Of a stretch of 45,078 nt of DNA, positions 8,549 through 19,600 are shown in pieces. Numbering within the stretch: position 1 is the stretch's first letter; each line of letters opens with the position of its first letter. Source of the DNA: a bacterium (GTDB lineage Bacteria > Patescibacteriota > Patescibacteriia > JACQSD01); the NCBI GenBank assembly GCA_030648795.1, contig JAUSHC010000014.1, positions 1 to 45,078 of the forward strand, written 5' to 3'. The notes below the pieces were generated by a model that saw only the letters and a list, made by a program, of their open reading frames with translations, had not been told where the DNA came from and did not search any database. The translations under genes were made by a program, and so were the position numbers.

Positions 8549-8606
8549 ACTCATATAATCAAGTAAAATATACCTCTTTCCTTCCAGCAAATTTAGGAGT
8601 ACGGTA

Positions 8607-11600
8607 GTGTCGCGTGAAGACATTATTCTTTTTACTATGTACCATCACGTTCGTAAATTGAAAGGCTCTACGGTGGATCGTTTGCATCAGTATTGTTGTG
8701 TGAAATATCCATCGTATGGTGCGTGGCATGAGCATCCGTATCACAGTCACACGCACTGGTTTATCTTTTTCATTTTTTCTATCGGATGGCTGATGGGAAT
8801 ATTTTTTCAGTTACATCTTTTCCCCGTTCGTTTTGCGGGAGCGGCGTCGTATTCATGGAATCAATCAAGTTGGGTTGGTGGAGTGACAACAAATAATCCG
8901 AATCATACATCAAATCAAACGGGTTGGACCCAGTACAGCGCGGTGGATGCGACCATCGCTACGAGTACTACATTGACGCTCGCGCAACAGAGCACGACCT
9001 TCACGGAAAATTTTACCGAAACTGCATATAAAGATTCTTCAAACACAACAACGCAATGGAATACCTATATTGAGTTTATCCGATTGACCGAAACTGATAA
9101 GTGGGCGTCGAAAGCAGTTTTTCCGTCGAGCTTTTCCGGTGGTGTTCTCATCCCTTCCGGTGGGAGCTCCTATGTGTACGGATTAAAGGGTACCGCATTT
9201 TGGCGTTACGACATTAGTGGTGATGTGTGGAACGACCCTCTTGACCCTGCAGACCCCACATCGATTTCGAGCAGTCTTGGTGCATCATCTGCGATTTATG
9301 TTGACCGCAATGCGCCCGCAATTTACGTGCTCGGAGGCTCAGCAAATTTTTATAAGTATACAATTTCCACGGACACTTGGAGTACGCTTGCATCAAATTC
9401 TAATGTTGCTTCCGTTGGCGCGTTAGGGTACCCGGGATCCGGTGATTGTATTTATGCTCTTTCTGGAACTTCTAGCTCTGGTAAACTCGATGCATATTCG
9501 ATAGACAACAATACTTGGAATACGAATTGCGCTGATCCAACAAATCCTCCTGCGGGAATCGGTACCGGCGTTTCTATGACGTGGGCAAACGTTGCCGGTT
9601 TTACCAACTCCCTTTTTGCATTTCGTGGTGGATTCAATTCAGATGATTTCTGGATGTATTCAATAACGAATGACAACTGGACGACACCTGATCCAGTAGA
9701 TCCTCCGAAAAATGTTGCTTCTGGCGGATCGCTTACGTGGGCAAACGTTGCCGGTGTGACGGATTACATTTTCGCAGATCCGGGGGATTCTGACCGCGAT
9801 GTGTGGGCGTACTCACTTTCGAATAACAATTGGACGACAATGTATCCGCAATGGGTGATTGAATCTTCTGCAACAGCGAGTGTTATGAATAATAACGGAT
9901 GGTCTGGTGGAGCAGGGTTCACCTATCCCGGTGCGGGGAACTATCTCTATACTGCGCACGGGGGAAATAGCACTGCATTTCTTCGTTTTGAACTTCCTTT
10001 AAATTATCAGACGCCAAAAGTTGTTCAATCAATAGCGGTTGATTCTACGACCCAAGCGATTGCATCCGCGACGTTGACCGCGACCTCGACAACTCCCGCA
10101 GGGACTGCAATCGCGTATTCGATGAGTCGTAATGGAGGGACGACGTGGGAGACTGTAACGTCTGGTAATGAGCTTACCTTTGCCGATTCCTCGGAGAAGT
10201 CCGATCTCCGATGGAAAGCAAGTCTTTCTACAACCGATGTGACAAAGTCGCCGACAATTACCAATGTTTCGATTACGTACAAATATTACCCCGCATCTAC
10301 AACACTCACGTCTTCTACATTTAATAGTGAGGCATCTACAACACAGGTAACACAAATGGCGTGGAGTGAAACGGTTCCCTCTGGGACGAACGTTCGTTTT
10401 CAGATCCGTACCGCGCCAGATAATGGTAGCGGAGCGCCCGGCACGTGGTCTGATTGGCTTGGCCCTACGAGCACAACAGACTACTATGAGACAACGCCAT
10501 TGGGTGAATCCGTGAATAGCGCGAACTCTTCTGACGCGAATGATCAGTGGATACAGTATAAGGCGTATCTCACTTCTGATGGAATAAGTACGCCAACACT
10601 TTCGGGCGCAACGCTTTCATATAATATCCTTCCTGCTACGCCGTCACTTTCTTCAAGTACGCATCCATCGCAAACAACATTTTATCCAAGCGCAACGCCT
10701 ACCATTACGATCACCGCAAGCACTCCAACGCCTGATCATTATCATTATCTTGTGAGTGAAACGGCGGGTTCCTCGACAAGCATATTTAATAATCATGCGG
10801 GAACGGTAGCGCCGAGCACTTCTTTTCCGATTACGATTGCGAGCGAAGGGACATGGTATGTATACGTAATAGCAAGCGATAGCGGTGGAACCAATTCCGC
10901 AAATCTTGCAACGTATACAATTAAGTATGATCCAAATGCACCTGTTGTGCCGACACTTTCTTTTGGAAGTATTACGACGTCTTCGATTACCGTAAGCGCG
11001 ACGAGCAGTGATAGTGGAGCAGGACTTCATGCGACGCCTTACTATTTTGAACGAGATAGTGGCGCAGCAACATCTGGATGGACTTCTGGGAGTTGGACGG
11101 ATTCCAGTCTTTCACCGAATAAGCAGTACTCTTATCGCGTGAAGGCGCGTGATGCAACTGCAACACCAAACGAATCATTATTTACGGCAGTGTCGCAGAA
11201 GTATACCGCTGCAAATACACCGGGAACTCCGACCATTTCAAGCGCAACGGCGACAACCATAACCCTTACGCTTAATGCAAACAGCAATCCGGATATAACA
11301 CAATTTTCCATTCAGGAATCATCGGGACAGTATGTGCAAGCAGGAAAGACTTTGAATACTACCGAAACATGGCAGACGCTCGCGCAGTGGGGAACGATAA
11401 CAGTGACGAGCCTTTCCGAAGATACACAATATTCTTTCCGCGTGCGCGCACGGAATGGTGATACTACGGTAACGAGTTTTTCTTCTTCCGCGTCAGGGTC
11501 AACCGGCGCAGGAGCTCCGCAAAATTTTCGCGCAACAACAATCCAATCATCGTCAGTCACAATTACTGCAGATGATCCAAGCTATACAGCCACCGCATAT

Positions 11601-13622
11601 TATTTTTCGCGAACAGGAGCGAATTCTGGATGGACGACGAATTACTGGATAGACTCTGGGCTTTCACCTAACGCTTCTTATACGTATAGCGTGAAGACGC
11701 GCAATGCAAGCAACGTTGAATCAACGAGCGCTTCGCTTACCGTGATAACCGCGGCGGAAGTTCCTTCATTATCATCGATTGATACGACCAAAATAAAAGA
11801 TACATCATTGGTAGTAGCGCTTGGATCTTCTTCTAATCCTGCGGGAACGGAATATGCAATTCGTGAAAAAGGCGTAAATACAAGTACCAACGCGTATGTG
11901 CAATCGTCGGGTGGAGCGCTTAGCGCGTTGGAGGTATGGCAGACATATACGAATTGGGGAGGGGCAACAGGCGTGACGGTTACTGGGCTTACGGCAGGCA
12001 CATCCTATACATTTGTCGTAAAGGCGCGTAACAGCGAAGGCACTGTGACGACAGAAAGTACATCGGTATCAGGAACAACACTTGCGATTCCAGGAGCACC
12101 TTCAGTAACGACAAGCGCAACAACGAAAAATCAAATTGTTTTCTCGCTTACATCAACGAACAATTCATTATCTACACAGTATGCTATTCGCGCTGTTACG
12201 GGAGATACGACGTCGTATGTACAAACGGGCGGTACACTTGATATTGATGCGGCATGGCAGACGGCACCGCAGTGGGGAACGGTTACAGTAACCGGGCTTA
12301 CCGCAAATACCGCATATACATTTTCAGTAAAAGGGCGCAGCAGCGCAGGATTTGAAACAACATTCGGAAGCGGAACAATGGAGAGCACGCTTGCTACGGG
12401 GACTCCTCGCGCGCCATCGGTTACCGCGCAATCGACATCATCTGTGCTTGTGACCATTGATAATACAGACATTGATCCGTCTTTTTCATATTCCATTCGT
12501 GAGATAACGGCAACGGGGCAGTATGTACAAACCAATGCGCAATTGGGGGGTGACCCTGCTCGACAAGATTACGCAGGGTGGGGAGGTGCGAGCGGTGTTT
12601 CGGTGCTTGCGCTTCTTCCAAGAACCTCTTACAGTTTTCGTGTTGGAGCATATAATCCTGCGACGGGTTTGACGAGTTTTGGCCCTGTCTCGGCAGCAGT
12701 AACAACGCCTGGTGGCGGTACTGCGGATTATACCGGTCCTACGGTGCCGACAAATATTCATGTTGATACGGTACCGACGGTAGTGCGTAACGGATCCTCC
12801 GTGCTTGGCGGGATACGTGTCACGTGGACTGATCCGACTGATGCAGATTTTTCTGCTGTCTATATTTATCGCGCGCCTACGACGACGGTCGTTAGTACGA
12901 CAAGTCCTATCCGTGTCGAGGAGGGGAGTGGAGTATTTTTTGATCAATTGGGACTTGTGTCTGAAAGATATTACAATTATTTACTTCGCTTTGACGATGA
13001 TAATGGCAACAGATCATATAGCGATACATTTACCGCACAAGCGCCATCATCCACAATTGAAGTAGAGGTGCCGCTTACACCATTACCGCTGGTCCCTGTT
13101 CCTCAAGCACCGTTAATAGCACCACCACCTACGACAGCATTGAGTATTCCTATTCCTACGGGTCCGCGCGCGCTTCCGTCAGTAAATATCAGAGATCTTA
13201 TTCGCGTGCAGCATCCGGTTACTACGCAGAGCATTATTGATTCATTTGTGTCGAGCCTGTCGCAACAGAAGTGGATACGCACGCAACTTGTAATCACCGA
13301 TACGAGTCTACGTATTGCTGGTGTGTTTGGGGGCCTCTATGATGTTCTACCAAAGGGGTCTACGGCAGGTGATAATCTTGATCCTGCAGTAGGAATTACC
13401 ATACGTTATAAGCTTGGCGATGCAGGGGGATTCCTTAAAGGGGGGAAGTTTCTACGACTTGGATACTTCAATGCTAATGCGGTAAAGAAAGAATGGGTAA
13501 TCATTGCCGACGCGGAACAAAATATTTCGGATAAAGTGTATGGTTCATGGACCGCAAAAGTTAGTAGAGCAGGAACGTATGGCATGCTTATTCTAGAGAA
13601 AAATAATAATGCAGTGCAGTAA
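8607..13622 (+). CDS. Giant surface protein 1 (1671 aa): N-terminal membrane anchor or signal, Kelch-like propeller, beta-sandwich modules, seven FN3-like repeats
   Basis: Uninterrupted 5-kb ORF with a GTG start and good SD. It has one hydrophobic segment (WFIFFIFSIGWLMGIFFQLHLF) followed by AGAAS. Domain details are in the sub-features below. Confidence 0.9.
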   Translation: MSREDIILFTMYHHVRKLKGSTVDRLHQYCCVKYPSYGAWHEHPYHSHTHWFIFFIFSIGWLMGIFFQLHLFPVRFAGAASYSWNQSSWVGGVTTNNPNHTSNQTGWTQYSAVDATIATSTTLTLAQQSTTFTENFTETAYKDSSNTTTQWNTYIEFIRLTETDKWASKAVFPSSFSGGVLIPSGGSSYVYGLKGTAFWRYDISGDVWNDPLDPADPTSISSSLGASSAIYVDRNAPAIYVLGGSANFYKYTISTDTWSTLASNSNVASVGALGYPGSGDCIYALSGTSSSGKLDAYSIDNNTWNTNCADPTNPPAGIGTGVSMTWANVAGFTNSLFAFRGGFNSDDFWMYSITNDNWTTPDPVDPPKNVASGGSLTWANVAGVTDYIFADPGDSDRDVWAYSLSNNNWTTMYPQWVIESSATASVMNNNGWSGGAGFTYPGAGNYLYTAHGGNSTAFLRFELPLNYQTPKVVQSIAVDSTTQAIASATLTATSTTPAGTAIAYSMSRNGGTTWETVTSGNELTFADSSEKSDLRWKASLSTTDVTKSPTITNVSITYKYYPASTTLTSSTFNSEASTTQVTQMAWSETVPSGTNVRFQIRTAPDNGSGAPGTWSDWLGPTSTTDYYETTPLGESVNSANSSDANDQWIQYKAYLTSDGISTPTLSGATLSYNILPATPSLSSSTHPSQTTFYPSATPTITITASTPTPDHYHYLVSETAGSSTSIFNNHAGTVAPSTSFPITIASEGTWYVYVIASDSGGTNSANLATYTIKYDPNAPVVPTLSFGSITTSSITVSATSSDSGAGLHATPYYFERDSGAATSGWTSGSWTDSSLSPNKQYSYRVKARDATATPNESLFTAVSQKYTAANTPGTPTISSATATTITLTLNANSNPDITQFSIQESSGQYVQAGKTLNTTETWQTLAQWGTITVTSLSEDTQYSFRVRARNGDTTVTSFSSSASGSTGAGAPQNFRATTIQSSSVTITADDPSYTATAYYFSRTGANSGWTTNYWIDSGLSPNASYTYSVKTRNASNVESTSASLTVITAAEVPSLSSIDTTKIKDTSLVVALGSSSNPAGTEYAIREKGVNTSTNAYVQSSGGALSALEVWQTYTNWGGATGVTVTGLTAGTSYTFVVKARNSEGTVTTESTSVSGTTLAIPGAPSVTTSATTKNQIVFSLTSTNNSLSTQYAIRAVTGDTTSYVQTGGTLDIDAAWQTAPQWGTVTVTGLTANTAYTFSVKGRSSAGFETTFGSGTMESTLATGTPRAPSVTAQSTSSVLVTIDNTDIDPSFSYSIREITATGQYVQTNAQLGGDPARQDYAGWGGASGVSVLALLPRTSYSFRVGAYNPATGLTSFGPVSAAVTTPGGGTADYTGPTVPTNIHVDTVPTVVRNGSSVLGGIRVTWTDPTDADFSAVYIYRAPTTTVVSTTSPIRVEEGSGVFFDQLGLVSERYYNYLLRFDDDNGNRSYSDTFTAQAPSSTIEVEVPLTPLPLVPVPQAPLIAPPPTTALSIPIPTGPRALPSVNIRDLIRVQHPVTTQSIIDSFVSSLSQQKWIRTQLVITDTSLRIAGVFGGLYDVLPKGSTAGDNLDPAVGITIRYKLGDAGGFLKGGKFLRLGYFNANAVKKEWVIIADAEQNISDKVYGSWTAKVSRAGTYGMLILEKNNNAVQ
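9100..10000 (+). other. Kelch-like six-bladed beta-propeller region of giant protein 1
   Basis: About 50-aa blades with a recurring aromatic-x-Y-x(4-6)-W motif: FWRYDISGDVW, FYKYTISTDTW, LDAYSIDNNTW, FWMYSITNDNW, VWAYSLSNNNW and a final AFLRF. Confidence 0.6.
10930..13040 (+). repeat. Array of seven FN3-like domains in giant protein 1 (two alternating subtypes)
   Basis: Subtype A: ...YYFxRxxxxxSGWTxxxWxDSxLSPNxxYxYxVKxR. Subtype B: ...SNPxxTxYxIxExxxxxYVQxxGxLxxxxxWQTxxxWGxxTVTGLxxxTxYxFxVKAR. The observed order is A-B-A-B-B-B plus a divergent terminal copy. Confidence 0.7.
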
Positions 13623-16600
13623 TTCTATGCAGTGTTTCGGGAAGCAGCGATACGCGCGACGATCATTATTCATCGCTTTTTTGAGCGCTGCTTTTCTTTT
13701 TATTGGATATCATGTTGATGCCTTGCGATGGGTAGTAGATACTCTTCCATATCCTGCTGGGAGTGTTACGGGACTTGTGGCGGCATTTGATCCGTCGGGG
13801 AATCCCACTGCTGCCCAGACTTCTTTAGGGAGAGCAGTATATTTATCGAGTACCGGTGCAGGGAGAAATTGGGCTGCAGAGGAAGTTATGGCGATCAGTG
13901 AATGGGTTTCCGGACGACCGGGATTCGCCTTTAACGGTGCAACACCAAGTATTATTGCGGGTGGTCTTTTCATGACGCGCGACGGAGGAGCGACGAACGG
14001 AATGTTTCGATGTAGCGATGCAGATTGGTCCTGTGAAACGCTTGGATATGGCGTGAGTAACTACGTAGGGGCACAGAGTGATCTTGTGTACGCAAACGGT
14101 GTCCCCATTATTGCCTATGATTCTGGAAATTCTGCAATGCATATTGCGTCGCGCGATGGAAATGGCAAAGGGAACGTGATGGCAGACAAGGACTGGAACG
14201 AGAAGTGGATTTATACGGATGGCATTAAACGACAATATCCCGCGCTTGCGCTTTATAATGGAAAGCCAATTGTTTTCTATTATCTTACGGTGGATAACGG
14301 TGCTACGGGAGAGCTCATGATGGCGTACTGTAGTTCGAATTGCGGTACCTATGGAACACAGACGGGCGCATCGTGGACAGAGGTTCGTTTGGATAATGCA
14401 TCCGCGAATATCGGACAGCGTATTGATGCGGAGGTATATGGGAATTCTATTTTTTTAACGTATGAGGATCGCTCGAGTGGTGGGATACGCTACGCGACGT
14501 GTAGTGCAAGTTGTTTGTCCGCAGGAAGCTGGCAGAATAAAATTACATTAACAACCCTTGGTCGTTCAAGTTATCCTGCACTCACCATGGATGCAAATGG
14601 TCATCCGCGGATTGCGTACTACGATACGCAAACACTTCAGCCGAAAATTGCCTCGTGTGACACCTCGTGTGACACGATACCGTCAAATTGGGCACGTGAG
14701 ACGGTGGACACAACAAGCAATCGTGGTGGGAATACGGATCTTCTTTTGGATGCAAATGGTTTGAAGCACGTGTTTTATGGGGAAGGGTTGCTTTATCATG
14801 CGGGGGAGAGCGTTAATGTTGCGCCAACTGCAACAGTAAGTGAAGGGGCTATTGTGCAAGGTGGTGGTGCATCTGGTTTGGTGACGTTTCAATTCCAGGT
14901 GAATGACGCAAATGGAGATAAGACGAAGGCACGTGTGGAGTACTCGATCGATGGTACAAATTGGTACCGAACATTTCTTGTGCCAGCGAGTACACGCGTA
15001 TCAACGGGAATTGCAACAACAGATAATGCTGAGTTTTCTATTGGTGCTGTTGATGCGATTGATACGGATAGCGGTACTGTAACGGTTACCACAGTATGGG
15101 ATACGAAGAATGCCGCGAATGGGAGTGGCGCGATCACTGTGGAAACGGGAAATATGCGATTGCGTGTACAAGCGACTGATGGAGAACTTACGAGCGTGCT
15201 CGCACAATCAGATGCTTTTTCTGTTGACAATGCGGTACCTAGTTCATTCACAAGTTTTCGTGCAACCGGTGCGACTGACTCAACGGTGACGCTCACGTGG
15301 GGAGGTGTTACTGACACGAATTTTACTCATTATACAATTTGGTATGGCACGGACGCAGCAGCGGTACGAGGAAAGCGTGCGAGTGCATGGGATGAGCGGA
15401 ACGATACGGCGCTTGCAAGCAGTACGGCGGGCGGTACAGTCATTACAGGACTTTCATCGGGTACCGTATACTATTTTTTCATTGAAGCAAGCGATCGCTT
15501 TGGTAATGCAACGCAAGTTGCGGAAGAAATTCCACGCGCGACTGCACGTCAACGTCGACCTTCTACACCTGCGCCCATCCCGACCCCAACACCAATCCCT
15601 GTTCCAGGGACAACACCTCCACCAACACAATACCCGGGTGACGCAAATTCGTGCCCAGGATTTTCATATAGTAGGTTGGATAGCAGCGGAAGACGTTATT
15701 GTCAGTTGAACAGCGAAGAAAAATGTAATTACAATTACCCAGGCTATCTTGATCAAACAAGCTACAATAAGGCAAATTGTCCGGCGCCGACACTAACTCC
15801 AGTTCTAGGGACTACGCCAATTCCGGTTCCCAGTACAACACCTCCGCCAATACATACGTGGACATTTTTAGATGGATCAAAAACGTCATTTATCCTTGCT
15901 CGCACCGATCCTGAATACACCAACTATATTACATCAATTGAAAATTTATGCCGTACGATTAAGCAAAGCGAATTTGTGTGGAGTACAGGGTCGGGCGATG
16001 CAAGCTCAACGAGCTTCGGAATTCCCGATTGTACAAAAGCTGTGCAGCTGAACCCCACGCCGCCACCGCCAATCTTGGTTCCCGATACTCCTCTTCCGCC
16101 GGCACCAATTCTCGAGTCGCAACCGCAAACCGAACCGCAACCATATGTAGGTGGTGGCGCGTTTGTCGATGAGACGAAAGATACATTTGCGGGAGCATAT
16201 GAAAATATGCGTTGGAATGCCGAATCGAATTTCTTAGAACTTGATACAACAAAAAAACAGGGGACGTATACTTCGCAGGTTCATAATGTCGGTAAAGTTT
16301 CTGACTGGAAGACGCTTGCATGGACACCGAATATGTTGAGCGAAAAAGCGCTGCCAAACGATGGAGCGCAAGAGGCGGGATATCCCGAAGGAAACGCGGA
16401 TATGACGGGGAACGTCCTTCTTCTGCATATGGATGAAGCAAAGTGGGATGGGACAGCCGATGAAGTGCGTGACGCATCAGGGAATGGAAATAATGGGAAA
16501 CGAATAAACGGAGCGAATACGAATACGGAAGGGAAAGTTGGTCGTAGGGGGGAATTTAATGGCACGAATGATTACGTTGATCTTTCAAAGGAGTGGGGGA

Positions 16601-19600
16601 TTGGGCTTTTTGGGAGTGGGTCCGCATCAACTCCAGACGCATTTACGGTAGAAGCGTGGTTGCGGCCCGGAACGCGTGCGTTACAGGACAAAAAAGCTGA
16701 GGATCAAGTCGCCGTCTATAATGGATGGGGCGGTGAGTTTAATCTCGGGTACATTAGCAAAGACGAAGACAGTGGCAAAGGACGGTTTCACTTGTCGGTA
16801 AATATTACAGGCGAGGGGTGGAAAGGAGTTACAAGCGATGTGGCATACGATCCGGCGGTTTGGTACCATGTTATCGGAGTGTATTCACGAACAGAAAGAA
16901 ACGCGATGCTGTTTGTGGACGGAGTACCAGCAGGAACTGCATCGTTCACAACAACTGGGCCTCTTCTTCATCCGGGGACATATCATCCTGCGACGATCGG
17001 AGCATATACAGCGTACACAAAGGTACGCTCTGCATTTTGGAAAGGCGCGATTGATGAAGTCGCGGTGTACCGCCGTGCGCTTTCCGAGGGCGAAGTGCGT
17101 AGTCGATATACTCGCAGCGCGTCTACTATTCGTTTGCAGGTACGATCGTGTGACGATTCGGTATGTGCGGGCGGTGAAAAAGCGGGTGGTGAAAAATTTG
17201 TTGGACCCGACGGGACAGCGAACACCTATTATGAAGAAACGCGAAAATCAGCAACGGGACTTCCCGAATTTTCATTGTCGAATGTTCCGTCCAATCAGTA
17301 TTTTCAATATCGTATTATTCTTGCAACTGACAAAGCTGATTTCGGATTAAACGTGCGTAGAGTCGCGGTCGCCTATGATGCGACGGAGGGTGGGGAAGGA
17401 GAAGCGCCATTACCTTCGCGTACAACAGTCGTATGGAAAGAAACGAGTCCAGCTGATTGGACAGAGGGAACAAAGGAAGGAGCTTCTGTTACCGGCACAG
17501 GAGATGCCGCATTATTGCAGTTACCGCTGCAAGAAGTAACCGCTGAAACAATCACACTTCCAACAACCGATACCATTACTGCAGCTCGCTTTACTGCGCA
17601 AGACAACGGTTGGGCGGTGGGAAATAACGGTACAATCCTCCACTGGAATGGAAACGCGTGGAGCACAGTATCATCGCCAACACTTGAGAGTCTTTGGGGG
17701 CTTACGCTTTTAGATAAGGACAACGGTTGGGCAGTAGGAAATAATGGAACCATCCTTCATTGGAATGGAAGCGCGTGGTCCGCATCAATAAGTGGTACGA
17801 CGTCGGCGCTTTCCGGTGTCGCATTTACCGCGGAAAATAATGGCTGGGCCGTTGGTGACGAAGGGACCATCCTCCATTGGAATGGAAGCGCGTGGTCAGT
17901 CGCGACGAGCGGTACGACGACAGTACTTTATGGTGTCGCATTTACTTCCGCAAACGACGGTTGGGCGGTGGGAAATAGCGGGACGATTCTTCATTGGGAT
18001 GGCAATGCGTGGAGTGCAGAAACATCTCCGACATCGTTCGCGCTTTTTGCTATTGGACAAGGGCAGGGGGGTGCGCTTTTTGCAGTTGGTGATGGAGGGG
18101 TAATTGTGAAGCGAGAACAAACAGGGGGGTGGGTTGCCGTTCCTTCAATGACTCCAACGCCGCTTCTTGCTTTTGCGAGTAGGCCTGGAGGGATGAGTGC
18201 CGTTGTCGGTGACTATGGAGAGGCGCTTGAAAGTACGGATGGTAGTACGTGGGCATCGTCACTGTTTGATATTCAAGAGGCGCTCTTTACGGTTGCATTT
18301 GCGGGAACTGATCAATGGATGATGGGAACGAATGGCGCTGCATTCCGGGTACGGAGAGGAGCAGGACAGAAAGAAGGTACATTTACATCCGCAGTACGCG
18401 ATGCAGGTGTAATTCCGTTATGGCAGCGAATTCAGTGGGAAGGGCAGGCACCTGCAGGAACTACTGTTCGCCTACAGTTTGCGACAAGTAATAGCATGGA
18501 GGGACCATGGCAATTTGTTGGTCCTGATGGAACCGCTCGTTCATTCTACACCGACGCGAATAAGGCTTTATGGGCGGGACATGGATCGCAGCGTTTTGCG
18601 CGCTACCGCGTTCTTTTTACGGGTGATGGCGAAAGTATTCCTACGGTTGATGCGGTTTCTGTTTTCTATACGTATGATCCCGACGCCTTACCGCTTACGC
18701 CAACTCCTTTAGCACCAAAGGACGCGGTGCTTCTTAATAGTAATCCTGTGCTTTCGTGGAGTGGTATTCCGCCAGCGACAGAGTATATCGTGGAAGCGAA
18801 CTGGGTAAACCCACGCGTTTCCGCTGATCCTGTGCGAACGACAGAAACGCAGATTTCCTTTACGGATTTTGTTTTTCATGATGTTCCTGTATTTGTACAA
18901 GAATCAGATTCTATTGCATATAGTTGGCGTGTTCGTGCGGAAGCGGATGCAGGAGTGAAGAGTGATTGGTCATCTCCGCGTACGTTTACCATCGATACAA
19001 AAGTTCCGGAAGCGCCAGCGCCCGTAGCACCAGAGGAAGGAGCAACATTTTCTACAGCGCCGACGTTTCAATGGAGCGCGGTTACCGATGCAAATGCTGA
19101 AGCGATTTCTTATACGTTTACGCTTAGTAAGGCGGAAACCGGTGCCACTCCGCTTCTTCAATTTCCTCTTACGGGAACGACGTTTACTCCCACTTTCCCT
19201 CTTTCTGATGGAACATATCTTTGGGGAGTGAGTGCAAAGGACAAGGCAGGGAATACGAGCGCGGCATTCAAGGCGACGTTTACCGTTAAAGCGCCAGTAC
19301 CGGCGCCGACCGCTGCACCGTTTGGTCTTACGACAGAACAAACAGCGACCGAACTTACGTTACGATGGCAAGATGTACCGCTCGGTGGCGATACCTATAC
19401 TATTGAAGTCGCGCATGCGTGCGTTGGCGCAGAGGGTTGTGAAGAATTCATTAATCTCATTCCCTCTTTGACACAACAGGACAAAATAATAATTCCAGTC
19501 GTGCTTGATCTGTCGAATGAAGAGGTGGGAGATTATTTTGTACGCGTATTGCGCGTAAATGAAGGTGGAAGAGGGCCGGCAGTACAGCAGAAGTTTACTG

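Noticed and set aside
14652-14675. Perfect 12-nt tandem duplication (CTCGTGTGACAC x2, encoding SCDTSCDT), and a 15-nt near-duplication at 17167-17196 (GGEKAGGEK)
   Set aside because: These are small in-frame slippage duplications inside a giant ORF and appear to have no further significance.
15560-16130. Repeated Pro/Thr-rich DNA in giant protein 2
   Set aside because: It encodes inter-domain PT linkers. This is low-complexity coding sequence, not a mobile element.
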